Source of the DNA: Pseudogymnoascus verrucosus
Lineage: Eukaryota
DNA length: 64,000 bases
NCBI GenBank assembly: GCA_001662655.1
Contig: KV460283.1
Direction: 5' to 3' (one strand)
A program made the translations under genes and the position numbers. Below, one piece after another: positions 48,412-61,800 of the stretch (positions are counted from its first letter, which is position 1; every line of letters begins with the position of its first letter). The notes beneath the pieces were generated by a model that was not told the DNA's origin, searched no databases, and saw only the letters and a list, made by a program, of their open reading frames with translations.

Positions 48412-48912
48412 TATATATAGAGTCTATTACTCCTTAATTCACCTTATTACTCCTTAATTTACTTTATTATCCTAATAATGTCTAAATTATAATTAAGATA
48501 GAATAGTAGTAAGGTCTTATAACTAAGGGAGCTATATTTAAAATCTTCTAATATATTAACACTAATGCTTACTAAGGCATTTAACTTTAATATAACAACT
48601 CCTTAACATAGGATAAAGAATGTTGTTAAGTGTTAACTATAAATTATAAGAGCTAAGCTTAAAGAAGGTAAGGTGCTCTTACTATCCTATTAACTTTACT
48701 AACTAAGCATATAAAGTATTCTAGTAACATTAGTAGAATTAGTAACACATATACCTTATAATCTATTAAATGAGGTAAGTGTATATTTTATACCTAAAGG
48801 CATTATATCTAATAGTACTAGGGAAATTCCATTTAGAGTGTACTAGAGTTAAACATCTTTATTCTATGCTATCCCCTAGAGGGTAACATTCTAACTATAG
48901 GTAGAAGTAAGT

Positions 48913-49437
48913 TGTAACGCTAGGTCTTAAACTATAAGACTTATAGAGGTTTCGTTAGTTTACTTAATAGAGGAGGTAGGGGATTAGACACAAAGGCTTT
49001 TATAAAACATGTTATAGTATATAACAAATACTATATTAAGTTGAGCATAAAGCTCCTATCTAAGGAATAACTATCTACTTATATAGTAGTGTTGTGCTAA
49101 AGGAAATAGTTAGAATAGTAGACTCTCTAACTATTCCTACTATTCCTACTATTCTAATTACGTGTGTGTCCTATAAGAGGTGCTATACCTATTATAGGTA
49201 CTAATTCCTATAGGTGCCTTTTCTAAGGAGGCACCTTACTCTATATAGGTGCCTTTCCTAATAGGCACCTCCCTTTTACTAAGTACCTTCTAAGAAAGGT
49301 ACCTTTTCCTAGAGGTGCCCTTATTAACTAAGCTACCTACAATCTCTACGTCTATTTCCTACTGCTAATTAGCTATAAGCTATTTTACCTTATTACTCTA
49401 TCTTATAGCATATAGGTTGTATGTTTTAGCTATAACA
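48913..49437 (-). mobile_element. Solo LTR inserted in the left TIR of the pogo element
   Basis: TGTAACGC...GCTATAACA, 525 bp, TSD TAAGT on both sides. Confidence 0.92.
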
Positions 49438-49836
49438 TAAGTGTATATACTTGCTTAAAAGTAGAAGTAAGTGTATACGTTTACAACTATATATGTTTAT
49501 TGCTACTTCTTACTAAAACCTTTAACATTCCCTTATATAGCTTTTTATATAGTAATTAAATGTAATTCATTTAATAGAAGGGACTCCTTTATTAAATGCC
49601 TATAAATAGCTTATAGTAAACCCCTCTAAATCTATTAAAATAGTAAGTTGGATTTTTAAGGTTCCTAAGTTAACAATATAGTTAAGAATCACCTAAGTAG
49701 CTATAAGGAAGCTGCCTTATAGAGGTTATAATAAGGTGCTTTCTATAGCTTAAATAGAAGCCCTTAAGGAATAGATTATAGAGTAGTATTACCTAGGCCT
49801 AGGAGCTAATAAGCATATGGTTTATAAGGTAGTATA

Positions 49837-52800
49837 TGTAACACTAGGTCTTAAACTATAAGACTTATAGAGGTTTTGTTACATTAGTTTACTTAATAGA
49901 GAAGGTAGGGGATTAGACATAAAGGCTTTTATAAAACACGTTATAGTATATAACAAATACTATATTAAGTTGAGCATAAAGCTCCTATCTAAGAAATAAC
50001 TATCTACTTATATAGTAGCGTTATACTAAAGGGAATAGTTAGAATAGTAGACTCTCTAGCTATTCTTACTATTCCTACTAATCTAATTACATATGTGTCC
50101 TATAAGAGGTGCTACACTTATTATAGGTACTGCTTCCTATAGGTGCCCTTCTAAGGAGGCACCTTACTCTATATAAGTGCCTTTCCTAATAGGCACCTCT
50201 CTTTTACTAGGTACCTTCTAAGAAAGGTACCTTTCCCTAAAGGTGCCCTTATTAACTAAGCTACCTATAATCCCTACGTCTATTTCTTACTGCTAATTAG
50301 CTATAAGCTATTTTACCTTATTATTCTATCTTATAGTATATAGGTTACATGTTTTAGCTATAATACTAAGTCCCCTCCCTTAAGGCCTAGTCCTATAGGC
50401 CTTTGCTAACTAAGAGTCCTACTAGCCTACTTAAGCATAGTAGGTCCCCTATATTTGTAGGGTAGGCAAGGCCACAACTATGTCTTCCTCTAAACACTTA
50501 AAAATTAAAGAATGCAAACTACTTACTAATTACATAACCTATAAAGGGGTTAAAATGCCTCCTTATTCCTACTATAAGAAATGAGGTCTCTACTACCTTG
50601 CTTCTACTTCCTCTAAGCAATGTAATAAATGTGTTTATATAAATTCCTATAACTATAACGTCTCTAGTCCCTTTACTAGCAACTAGTAGTTGCTATAGAA
50701 AGAAGAAGATCGTCTTTGCCTTAAAACCTATATAACTTATAAAGCTATAGCAACTGCTATAGTATGTCTTAACTACCTTAAGTAACAGTAGGATCTTCTT
50801 AAGACCTAAGGTGCTAAGATGCTTCGTTATAGTCTAAAGACCCTTAATGAACTAGAGGAGGTAGAGGAATGTAAGTAGTAAGAAACTAAAGCTTACGCTT
50901 ACCTTACTAGTCCTTCTATAACTAACCCTAGGAGTACTGCCCCTAAGCCTAACTACCTGTTAGCCCTTTCCCCTAGGTTCTTTAACTACTAGGGTGTTAA
51001 TAGTAGAACTCTACTAGCAACTCTAGGCAGCTAAGGTTCCCCCTTAACTCCTATAAGTTGTCTATAGGTTTGTAATCCTTCTATTTTATTAAAAACTCTT
51101 CTTAGCGTCCTACTAACCTTTTATCTAGGATTGCCTTAACCTTATATTTAATGATCTCATTCTTAGGTTAAAGTTTAGTATCTGTTGTAATTAGGGCGTC
51201 CCCTCTTACTAGTTCTAATAATAAGATATAAAACACTAGGTAAAGTCTAGAGTTCTTAGGTAGCTATAGCTTGTAATTAACTAAGCTAACTTTCTCTAAT
51301 ATCTTAAATGGTCCCAATTTCTTAAAGTCTAACTTTGTACTTAGTCGTTTCGTTTTAATGTACTTTTAGAGTAGGTATACTTTATCCCCCTCCTTAAAGG
51401 TAGGTTCTATACTACACTTCCTGTTTATATATATAGTAGATTGTTCATTTAAGAACTAGATGTCTATTGCAAGTTGTTTTTAGAAGGAAAGTATCTTTAA
51501 TACTTCTAACGTTCCTTCCTTAGAACAAAATTTATCTAGTCTTAGTATCTTATACACCTCTAGTTGCTATCTATTGTTAGTAAAGAATAGTAAGACTTTT
51601 GTTACTTTTAATAGTGCTAAGTTGTATGTAAATTCTACTAAATGTAGGTACTAAACCTAGTTATCCTGTTTAGTGTTAACATAGCTTTGTAAATATACTT
51701 CTAACATCTAGTTAGTTTGTTCTGTCTATCTATCTATCTATAGATAAAAAGCTATAGACAGCTTATAGTTTGTTCTAAGCTACGCTATAACTGTTTGCTA
51801 GAATTTAGATGTAAAGAGCTTGTCTTAATCTGAAATTATCTCGTCTAGTAGTCTATATGCTATAACGATGACTTTTAGGAAGATATATGCTAATGCCTTT
51901 ATGTCTAATGCTTCTATAAACAGCGTAAAGTAGGCTTCCTTTATAAGTTAGTAGTTAGAGACTATAATAAAGTCTATAACAAATCCTATCATTAGTTCTT
52001 TTAATGGTAGCAACTTAATAATGAAGTTAATTACTATTAAGGACTATACTTATCCTAGTGTTAGTAGTGACTTTAAAAGTCTATATAGTGCATGTCTATT
52101 TGCTTTTGACTTTTAGTAAATGTTACATCCTAACACAACTGTTTCTACTTGCTTTTATAACCCTAGGAAGTAGTAGTGTTGTGTAATTCGTTTAAAGGTT
52201 TATGTTACTCCCTAATAACTATATACTAGTAACAAGTGTTATTCTTACACTAGTAGGTGTCTCATTTAACTTAGGACATACACTAACCCTTTAAATTGAA
52301 TTAACCCTTATTCGTTAATAGAGAAGTTTCCTTTAACCTTGTTTAAGGTTTACTTTGCTATTTCGTCTGTTACGTAAGCGTTCTTAAGTCTCTACTTAAG
52401 TTCTATATCTTCTATAATAGCGATTATAGCTAGTAGTTCATTATATTACATTCCTACGTCTGTTTTCTTTAATATTGCTCTAGGTCTTTTTTCCTTTAGG
52501 CTAATATAGTTAGTCCTTCTGCTAAGGGCATCTGCTCTTGCATTCTTAGAGCCTTTGTAATAGGTTATTATAAAGTTGTAGGCTATAAGGGTTTCTGCCT
52601 AGTAGACTTGTCTATAGTTTAAAACCTTAGTTGTAGTAAAGTATATAAGGTTCTTATGATCTATCTACACTTACATAGTATAGGTAGATCCCTTAAGATA
52701 TATGCACTACTACTTAAAGGCAACAATAATAGCTAGTAGCTCCTTATTATAGATGTTATAGTTAAGCTCTATAGGTAATAGTTTCCTAGAGTAGTATACA

Positions 52801-55800
52801 ATTAGTTTGAACTTACTGTTCTTACCTAGCTAATTTAGACATGCTCTAATTGCGAAATTAGAAGCGTCTATCTTAAGGACAATCTTCTTTATAGGGTTAA
52901 ATGTTGCTAGGATAGGTGCCTCTATAAACTTCGTTTTAAGTTCTTAGAAGGCAGCCTCTACTTTATCTGTCTATTTAAACACAAGATCCTTCCTAGTAAG
53001 CTCTATAAGTAGTTAAGCTACCTTAGAATATCCTATAATAAACTAATAGTAGAAGTTAGCAAAGCTTAAGAAGGCTTATACTTCCTTAACTATAGTTAGT
53101 GTTAGCTATTCTAACACTGCTATAACCTTTACTTAGTCTATCTTAATGCTGTGCGTTCTAATAATGTAGCCTAAGAATTCAACTTAGTTCTTATAGAACT
53201 TACATTTCTCTAGCTTTAATAGTAGGTTGTATTCCTTTAGTTTCTAAAGGACAAGCTTAACATACTAAGCATGTTTGTCCTTATTTGCTAAGTATACTAG
53301 TATATCGTCTAAGTAAACGATAGTGAATATGTCTAGATATTTATATAAAGCGTTATTTATTAAGCGTTATATAGATGTAAGGGTGTTAGTTAGCCTAAAG
53401 GGCATAACTTAATATTCGAATAGGCTATAGTAGGTGTAGAATGCTGTTTTCTACTCCTTGCTGTTAGCTATCTAGATTAGGTTGTACACGCTATATAGAT
53501 CTAGCTTAGTGAAGATCTTAGCTCCTTAGAATCTATTGTGTAACTCATTAATTAATAGTAAGGCGTATTAATCCTTTATCGTTATGTTATTTAATGCTTA
53601 ATAGTCTATGTATAGTCGTTTGCTTCTATCCTTCTTAGGAACCTATAACATTAGGCTTCCTATAGGAGATTTAGACAGTCTAATAAATCCTTTCTTAAGG
53701 TTATCGTTAATATATTCTTTTAGCAGTTTTAACTCATCTACTAACATCTAGTATATTAGTCTAAACAGTAGACTCTTTCCTTCTTCTAAGGGTATTATAT
53801 AATCCTATAGTTAGTGCTTAGGAAGCGCCTTGTTCTTAGGGCCTTCTTAGAATAGCTGCTTATATTCCTTATACTCTACTAGTATATTCATTAGTAAGGG
53901 TGCCTAGGCTAGGTTACTAGGCTCTATAGAGGTTGCATACACCTTACGTTAGCCCTAAGAGGGTTTCTCCTATTATAGCGTATCTGTTTGTTGTTTATAT
54001 ATATACTAGCTTATTATAACTTTCTCGTTCTACTAGTCGATCTAAGGGTTGTGTTTCTTAAGCTATAGTACATTAAGGATACATGTATAGTTGTCTATGT
54101 ATATAATATTAAATTAGATCGTTTCCTTATGTCTATGTAGTATAACTATTTCTAATAGGGCTGTCTTATAGGTTACTATCCCTTTATTAGTTAAGATAGG
54201 CTCTCTATCTACTACTATTAACAGGTAAGGATCGGTTTTTAATTACGTCTTAAAACCTTAAGTGTCTGCTACTTTCTTTATTATAAAGTTGCCTATTACT
54301 CCTAAGTTAATTATAGCTTAGAGGTGTTGCTGTTGTATCTTAGCAACTATATATAGTTGTATGCTGCCTTCTATAGCACATAGCTACTTTATATTAGGCC
54401 TCTCTTTGTTACTTACTAGTAGCCTACTATTAAGGACTCCTAGTTTTTTAACTTGTCTAAGGAGTAATAGTAATGTTTATTATCCTCTATAGGTGGTCCT
54501 TAGGAAGATTGTCCTCCTTATCCTTCTGCTTCATTTAGTAGGTGTAGGTATTTCTTATATACCTATTATTGTTTCTTTAATAGTAGTTCTCCTTTAGACT
54601 AACTTTGTCTAAGGGCATGAATTTAGTCTATATCTATAAAGTAGACCTAAGGTGCAATTTTTAGAAATAGTTGATACTAGGTCTTTTTCTATAGGTAACT
54701 CTTATAGTTATTGTACTTATAGTGTTCCTAGAATATATATAGGTGCTAGGGGTAATTAATCCTTAATGCATCTAACTTTGTTAATTCCTATTCTTCCTTT
54801 GTCTTACCTATAAGCTTAGATTTCTCTATAGTTACACATAACCTTTCTACATCTCTATTAGTAGGTTTATAGTCTATAGCAGCTTAGTCTACTTGTAGTT
54901 CCTAGGGTTTAGGTCCCTAAGTGTCTTCCTACTGTTCGTCTTACGCATTATATTCTGTAAGCTTGTATTTTAACTATATAGTGGCTTCCTTAGAGGTATA
55001 GTTTACTCTATAGGGCTCCCTTCTTAGTGGGTACCTAGGGCAGCACCTTATAGTACAAACTACAACTTCCTAGTCTTATTAAGTGCCTGTCTATCCTATT
55101 AGGGGTAGTAGTATAGGAATTGCTTAGGGGGTTCCTTTATAGAGCATGCTCTACCTATAGATATCTACTACTTCTAGTAGGTTCTCCTTAAACGTAATCC
55201 CCTTTATGTCTTCTTTAAACTCTTTTAACCTAAGTTTCTAAGATTCTATTAATCCCTTGTTTAGGCGTTCATTTTTGATTTTAAGCAATGTATTAAACTC
55301 GTTAAGATCCTTATTGTCTAAACTCTGTCCTTCTAGGGTGCTAACACTGTTAATCCCCTAATTAGGTTTGTTTATAAACGTAGCGTTTAGTTGTCCCTTC
55401 TAAGTAGCATTAAGTTGTCTACTAAACTTACATCTACCGTTCCCCTTTTTAAGTTGTTTGCAATCTTAGGCTATATAGCTAGGTTTGTTATAATTGAAGC
55501 ATAGCTACTCCTTAAGCTGTTGCTCCTTATTAGGGTTATAGTGTCTTCTACTAGGCTTAAACGTAGCGTTAAGCTCTATAGGTTAGGGCTAATAGCTCTT
55601 TAGTGTCTTCCTTTTCTAAGTCTATTAGTAGCTAGATGCTCCTCCTTGTCTTTTAAGTTAGCGTTTATAGTAACGATTGTTAATTTTCTATACTATCTTA
55701 ATGAGTTCTTTAAGGTCGTTAGGTTTGTTAGATTAAGAGATCTTATCTTTTACATAATCCTTTAATCCTTTATAATACTAGTTGTATATAGCCTTATCTC

Positions 55801-56901
55801 CCTAATAGGTAAGAGGGGTATGCTGCTAAAACTTAGCAGTATATATAACTATAGACCCTTTCTGTCTAAGGGCCTAAATTGCTTGCACTACGTTCCTTCT
55901 CTTATTAACATCTCTAAAGTTTGCCTTAAGTTGCTTAACAAAGCTTACCTAAGTGATAAAGATGTCCTTAGTACCCTAGTTTACTATTATAGTAACCCTC
56001 CTATTAGTAGCATAGTAGCTTATGTAGTTAGTTAGGTAGTTAGCAATCTAGTCTAAGGCAGTACCCCTTAAGAGGGCTATAGCCTATAAGACTTACTATA
56101 CTTTAAAGGCAAAGTGTTTAGCGTTAAAGGCTATCTACAACTCTGTCTAAATAAGGAAACTCTTAAGCTTCTTACAATCTCCGTTAAATGTATCTAGGAA
56201 TGTAATCTTAAGCTTGTCTAAGGGGTAAGGCCCCCTAGGTATAGGCATAGTAGTAGGTAAAGGAATAGGCTCTATAGCTACTTTTCCCTTTGTCCTAACG
56301 TTAGAAGTGGAATTGTTTCCTACTATGTTGCTTTGTATATAAGCTAGTACCTTGTAGAAGTGGTGCTTAAAGTGTAACACTAGGTCTTAAACTATAAGAC
56401 TTATAGAGGTTTCATTACGTTAGTTTACTTAATAGAGGAGGCAGGGGATTAGACATAAAGGCTTTTATAAAACACATTATAGTATATAACAAATACTATA
56501 TTAAGTTAAGTATAAAGCTCCTATCTAAGAAATAACTATCTACTTATATAGTAGCGTTATGCTAAAGGGAATAGTTAGAATAGTAGACTCTCTAGCTATT
56601 CTTACTATTCCTACTAATCTAATTACATGTGTGTCCTATAAGAGGTGCTATACTTATTATAGGTACTACTTCCTATAGGTGCCCTTCTAAGGAGGCACCT
56701 TACTCTACATAGGTGCCTTTCCTAATAGGCACCTCTCTTTTACTAGGTACCTTCTAAGAAAGGTACCTTTCCCTAAAGGTGCCCTTATTAACTAAGCTAC
56801 CTATAATCCCTATATCCATTTCTTACTACTAATTAGCTATAAGCTATTTTACCTTATTATTCTATGTTGTAGCATATAGGTTGTATGTTTTAGCTGTAAT
56901 A
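49837..56901 (-). mobile_element. Full-length Ty3/Gypsy LTR retrotransposon, RIP-inactivated (LTRs 49837-50365 and 56373-56901)
   Basis: Paired ~529-bp LTRs with TSD GTATA, and a polypurine tract (AGGGAGGGGA on the minus strand) next to the left LTR. RT motif VYLDDIL lies at ~53300-53320, with a gag knuckle remnant at ~55460-55500 and gag-PR-RT-RH-IN order. Confidence 0.94.
50480..51034 (+). pseudogene. RIP-degraded antisense accessory ORF of the Gypsy element (Cys-rich N-terminus plus coiled coil)
   Basis: ATG 50480 to TAA 51034 is in frame (185 codons). Surviving segments include KEEDRL, DLLKT, KMLR and LKTLNELEEVEE. Internal stops are of the type RIP produces. Confidence 0.55.
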
Positions 56902-57399
56902 GTATACTACCTATAGAAGCTACTACTAGCACCCTTACAAAACTAGCTTAATAAGCTTATAAAGTAAGAGCTTAAGGATTTTCACTTTATTACTATAAAG
57001 CCTATTGCTTAGTAGTGTACATAAGCTTAAGAGCCTTCTATTATTATAGAGTGGTTTAAAAAGTATATAGAATTAGTACTATAATATTATATAAATCTAC
57101 AGTTACTCTAGAATATAGATGAAACTAGGTTTAGGATTAGAATTCTAGGAGGTAAGTAGGTTATAGTCCCTAGAGTAGTAAAGCAGCTCTATATACTAAG
57201 CCCTAAGAATAGTCTTTCTATTACAATTATAGAGGCAGTATCTACAGCTAGACAGAATATTCTACTAGTACTTGTTATACGAGGTAAAACTTATATAGAG
57301 GCGTAGTACCCTAAAAACCTCTCTAGTAATGAGCTGATATTACTATTAGAGACTAGCTATTCTAATAGCTAGCTTGCTTTATAGTGGCTATAGCACTTT

Positions 57400-58443
57400 A
57401 TAGAGCATACTACTCTACATAGCCCTGAGAATCTCAAGCTTCTACTCCTTGATTCTCATATAAGCCATAGGAGCGATGAGTTCCTCACTCTAGCTGCAGA
57501 AAGCTACATTGTCTTATTAGCCTTCCCTAGCCATCTTACACACGTTTTACAGCCATTAGATGTGGGGATATTCCAACCATATAAGTACTGGCATAGGCAG
57601 GCTGTGCTCCGTGCCATACGAGAAGTGGACATTACCTACAACCTACCTCTATTTATGAGAGATCTCCCCCAAATGCGGGAGCGAACCTTCAAGGATTCTA
57701 CTATACAATCAGCATTCCAGAAAGCTGGCATCTGGCCTATAAGCTGTAATACAGCACTCGATAAGCTACGTACGTACTCACAGCCTACGAAGCCTACTAC
57801 ACCTACCCTACCTCGGGCTATAACCCCTATTCCGTCTACACTACAGGGTGTAGAACAGGGCCTACAGCAGTGGAAGGAGCGGGTTCCACAGGCCTTTAGT
57901 AGCCCCTCAAGGCAGAGCTACGGCAACTGGCTTACTGGGACTGAGCGGGTTCTAGCTACTAGCCAGCTACAGGAACTCGACCTGCAGGCTGTTCGGCAGC
58001 AGGTCAAGAACTCGAAGAAGAAGCAGGGGGGCCGGGGCCGGCTCCAGTATGGAGGTGAGCTCCGGGCTTCTGATGCCTACGAGATTCAGGCCCAGAAAGC
58101 TGAGCTTCAGGCCCAGAAGCTCGCTGCTACAGAAGCCCGGAAGCTGAGCCAGGCCCAACATAGGGCCCAGAAGGTCGCTGCCACAGAAGCCCGGAAGCTG
58201 AGCCAGGCCAGAAATAGGGCCCGGAATCAGCTCAAGCAGGCAGGAATTAAAGCACGGAAACAGGAGCAAGCCCGGAAGAAGAGCCTAGCTCAGCTTACTG
58301 AATTAGGCCTCCCAATTCCTCCGGAGTTAGAAGACCCAATTACCGACCCAGAAGCTGAGCCTGAGAGCCAGTATGAGAGTGCCAGTGAGGGTGGGAGTGG
58401 GCGTGGGAGTGAGAGTGGGAATGAGGAAGTGATGATTTTGTAA
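57400..58443 (+). pseudogene. C-terminal part of the pogo transposase, still open (DDE tail, coiled coil, acidic tail)
   Basis: ORF-track 57562-58443 continues from QPLDVG and includes an 18-aa tandem duplication (AQKLAATEARKLSQAQHR / AQKVAATEARKLSQARNR). Confidence 0.85.
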
Positions 58444-58892
58444 TTTGGAGTTTTGAAGTACTTTTACATATAAATTACTATGGTCAGGTACTTACGTCGC
58501 AATTTGAACGCGCGCACTTGCTTCCACTTTTAAGCGAGTGCGCGCACTTGCTTCCACCCACGGTTACTAGTTAACTAGTGTAAATAATCTATTATAAAGG
58601 GTAGTTACCTTATAATGGTGGTCTAGTTAATGGAATGACCTACTCTTGGCCTTGTCTAAGTCTGTAATAGGGAAACCGGCCAAAAAGCGATCTTTCCTCT
58701 CGCGAGGATATGTCGATTGCGTTGAATTGAAATATTATTTTTAACAAAGGAAATATTAAATGGTGCTGTGCTAGCTAGCGTAATAGTTAAGTCTAATGAT
58801 GCTCCTATTGCCCTTGTTCTATCTTCTCTTTCTATACTATGTCAGTCTAGTTTTCATTCCCTCCTTTATCCCTCTCTCTCTATCGTCCCCTC

Positions 58893-61800
58893 TCACTTCT
58901 TCTCTTGTTTTACTTCCTTCGTCGCCCTTTTCGCACCCTTGGGCACTCTAACCGCCCAATACAAAACCAAAGCCATAACAGCATTGAAAATAATATACAC
59001 CCAAAGAAGCCCGAAGTTGCGCCATCTATGGTCGTACGACGAAGAAATAGACTCCAAAAACTGGTTTGTCGAATCCAGGGCGCAGTAGCTGCAATCCGCG
59101 GTGGCCGAAGGGTTGAGCACTTGCCCGCCAGCGACGGACATGAAATCGCTCATGTATTCAAGGCAGGTTTGGTTTGCGGACGGGTCAAAGTGGAGCAGTT
59201 CGTTTGCGGCACAGACCACTTTGGTGTTGGCGACTCCGACGGATAACATGGCGTCGACGAGGTATGTGAATGGCGAGAGGCGATACATGAAGATCCAAAA
59301 GCGGGGGAAGACGTCGGGGGACGCGAGGACACCGCAGAAGATAAGCGTCATCATGAACATGAGGTTAGCGATGTTGCCTCCGGTCTCGGCAGTTTCGATG
59401 GCTGCGATCACCATGTTGGTGAAGGTCGATGTGAAGAGGAGGAACTCCCAAATCAGCAAGAACATGAGTCCGCCGCGCTCATGCACCGTGCCCGTAGGCT
59501 CGGCGTTGCGGTAGAGCCCAATGGGATAGTACCAGCAGAAGAATATGAGGACGGCCATTAGACTGTTCCAGGGCAGCTCGACTATGATGTTCGAGAGCAT
59601 GAATGTCTGCCAGGAATAGGTTTTCGACGGGCGCTCGCGAGCTTCGTAGAGGGAGCGCTGAGTGACGAAATGCGGCATGATCTGCTGAACTAGCTGGCCA
59701 AATATCGTGAAGAGCATGAAGATGGAAAACATTTGGTTCTGCAGCTCTTGTCTATTAGTCCCTGCTTTGAAGAAGGAGAAGCCGATGAAGAGCGCCTGAT
59801 GAAAATTAGTGACTCGAAATTTCTAGATGGAGAGTAAGGGAGCAACATACCGACGAGACGCATAGTGCTGTCTTGGAGTATATGTAAGAAGGCGTACGCC
59901 AATATTGCTCGAAGACACGCTTGGTGACCTCTATTAGCTGGAAAGTAAATGGAGCTGCAAATTCACGATAGCTGCCCTCCCCAACCGGCGCCGATGAAGG
60001 CTGCGAAATTGGGGGCCTTTCGTCCTTGAGGCGTTGAAGCTCGCGATGCACGTCTTGGTACTCAGGGCTATCCCTCCAAGTTGAAGCCCAATCGACTTCA
60101 GTAGTGGAGCCTGGTGCCGCACCGATAACCTCTAACATCCATTCGGCCGGGTTTGCATCCTCCGGGCATGCAAACGCTCCGTTTCGCTCGAAGTAGTTGC
60201 TAAGAATCGATGCGTTTTGTCCGACTTCGCCAAAATAAACGGTCCTTCCTCCTTTGGCAAGAAAGAGCAATCTGTCAAATCTTTGGAAAAGCATCGCGGA
60301 GGGTTGATGGATCTATATCAAGTATCAGGTTATTGAACACCAACAATAGACTGTTTACTTACTGTGCACAAAACTGCTTGGCCATTCTTGGTTAATTTTT
60401 CCATCAAGTCACAAATCGCCCACGAGGTTTGACTGTCTAAGCCTGAAGTGGGCTCGTCAAGGAAAAGAAGCAATTCCGGCTTCGCAGCGAGTTCGACGCC
60501 GATTGTCAAGCGTTTGCGCTGTTCAACGTTGAGGCCTAAAGTCTTATGTTAGGAAAGTTCATCCCATTGAGTATGCAAAAACATCACCTTCACCAGGCAC
60601 ACCGACAATAGCATCGGCATACTCTTCCATATCTAGCAACTTGATCACATCGTTTACATAATCGAGTTTCTCTTGGCGAGGAACCTTCGCAGGTTGGCGG
60701 AGGAGGGCACTGAAGTTCAAGGCCTCGCGAACAGTCGACGTGGACAGGTGAAGATCTTGCTGTTGGACATAGCCAGTTTTACGTTGGAAAGAGGCATCAC
60801 GTTCGCTACCGTCGACAAACATGCCTCCAGTAATAACGCCCATAGTTGTGCGGGTAGCCAGAACGTCAAGTAAGGTGGTTTTACCAGCACCAGAGACACC
60901 CTTTCCGTTGTTAATAACTTGATGTGTTGGAAGGGAGTGGAGTAAGACATACCATGAGCGCTGTTAATGTACCAGGTTTTACCCAACCGTCAACGTGATC
61001 TAGAATCCGGCGAGGTTCGCCTTTAATCTTGATATCGTAACAAACATCCTCCCAATGGAAAATGGCCGTTTGTTTCTCAATCATTGTTGATATATGAGTA
61101 GCTGTTCTGTCTATCGTAGCAGCTTCGCCACTTGCAGCTTCCTCATCACCAGTAGTGTTCTTAAGTAGAGCTGAAGGGGCATGTCCTCGTCGGAAGAGAA
61201 GGACTTCACCCTTTGATTTCTTCGCCGAGATGTATTCGGTTGCAGCTATGTAGGTAGCGCAGAGTCCAACCATGAACGCGACTAAGATGCCAAAGTTTCT
61301 ATTAACAAAGAAGTCAGTAATTGGGCATGAGCTAGTGGCTAAGTTGTTTTCAAACATACCTCCATTTATGAGATGGATCGTACTGAAAGGCAGACATGAT
61401 GTAAGCTGTCCCATCAACCGAACTGGCGCCAGGCACGGCGCCAACAGACGCACAGATTTTTTGAGTCGATTCCAAATTCATATATGAAGGTCCACTTGGC
61501 ACGAACATGGAGGGAGGGCATTCGAATTTGCGTCCAGCAAACTCATTAATCATGAGACTTTCGAAGCCATAGGCAACAGGATCGAGATAGTTAATCCATC
61601 TGGCCCAGCCCCGCATATTCGGAACTGGGAGAGCAAATCCAGTATAAATAACGATAGCCAAGATCAAGAGAGCTGCTGGAGCCATGGCCTGAGATAGAGT
61701 TCGAGAGACCGAAGCAATTGTTCGGAACAACATGGACATTACCATTGTCAGCATAAATGATATCAACAGGAAGAAGAAGAAGTTTCCAGGCTCTCGGTTT

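Larger units (their letters stand above)
48894..58564 (+). mobile_element. pogo-family DDE DNA transposon (~2.07 kb native) interrupted by a solo LTR and a full-length Gypsy
   Basis: The right TIR ...GCGCGCACTTGCTTCCACCCACGGT+TA matches the RIP-mutated left TIR TA+ACTATAGGTAGAAGTAAGT[LTR]GTATATACTTGCTTAAAAGTAGAAG. The transposase reads through the Gypsy insertion site to DET-, LLLDSH and HLTHVLQPLDVGIFQPYK motifs. Confidence 0.88.
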
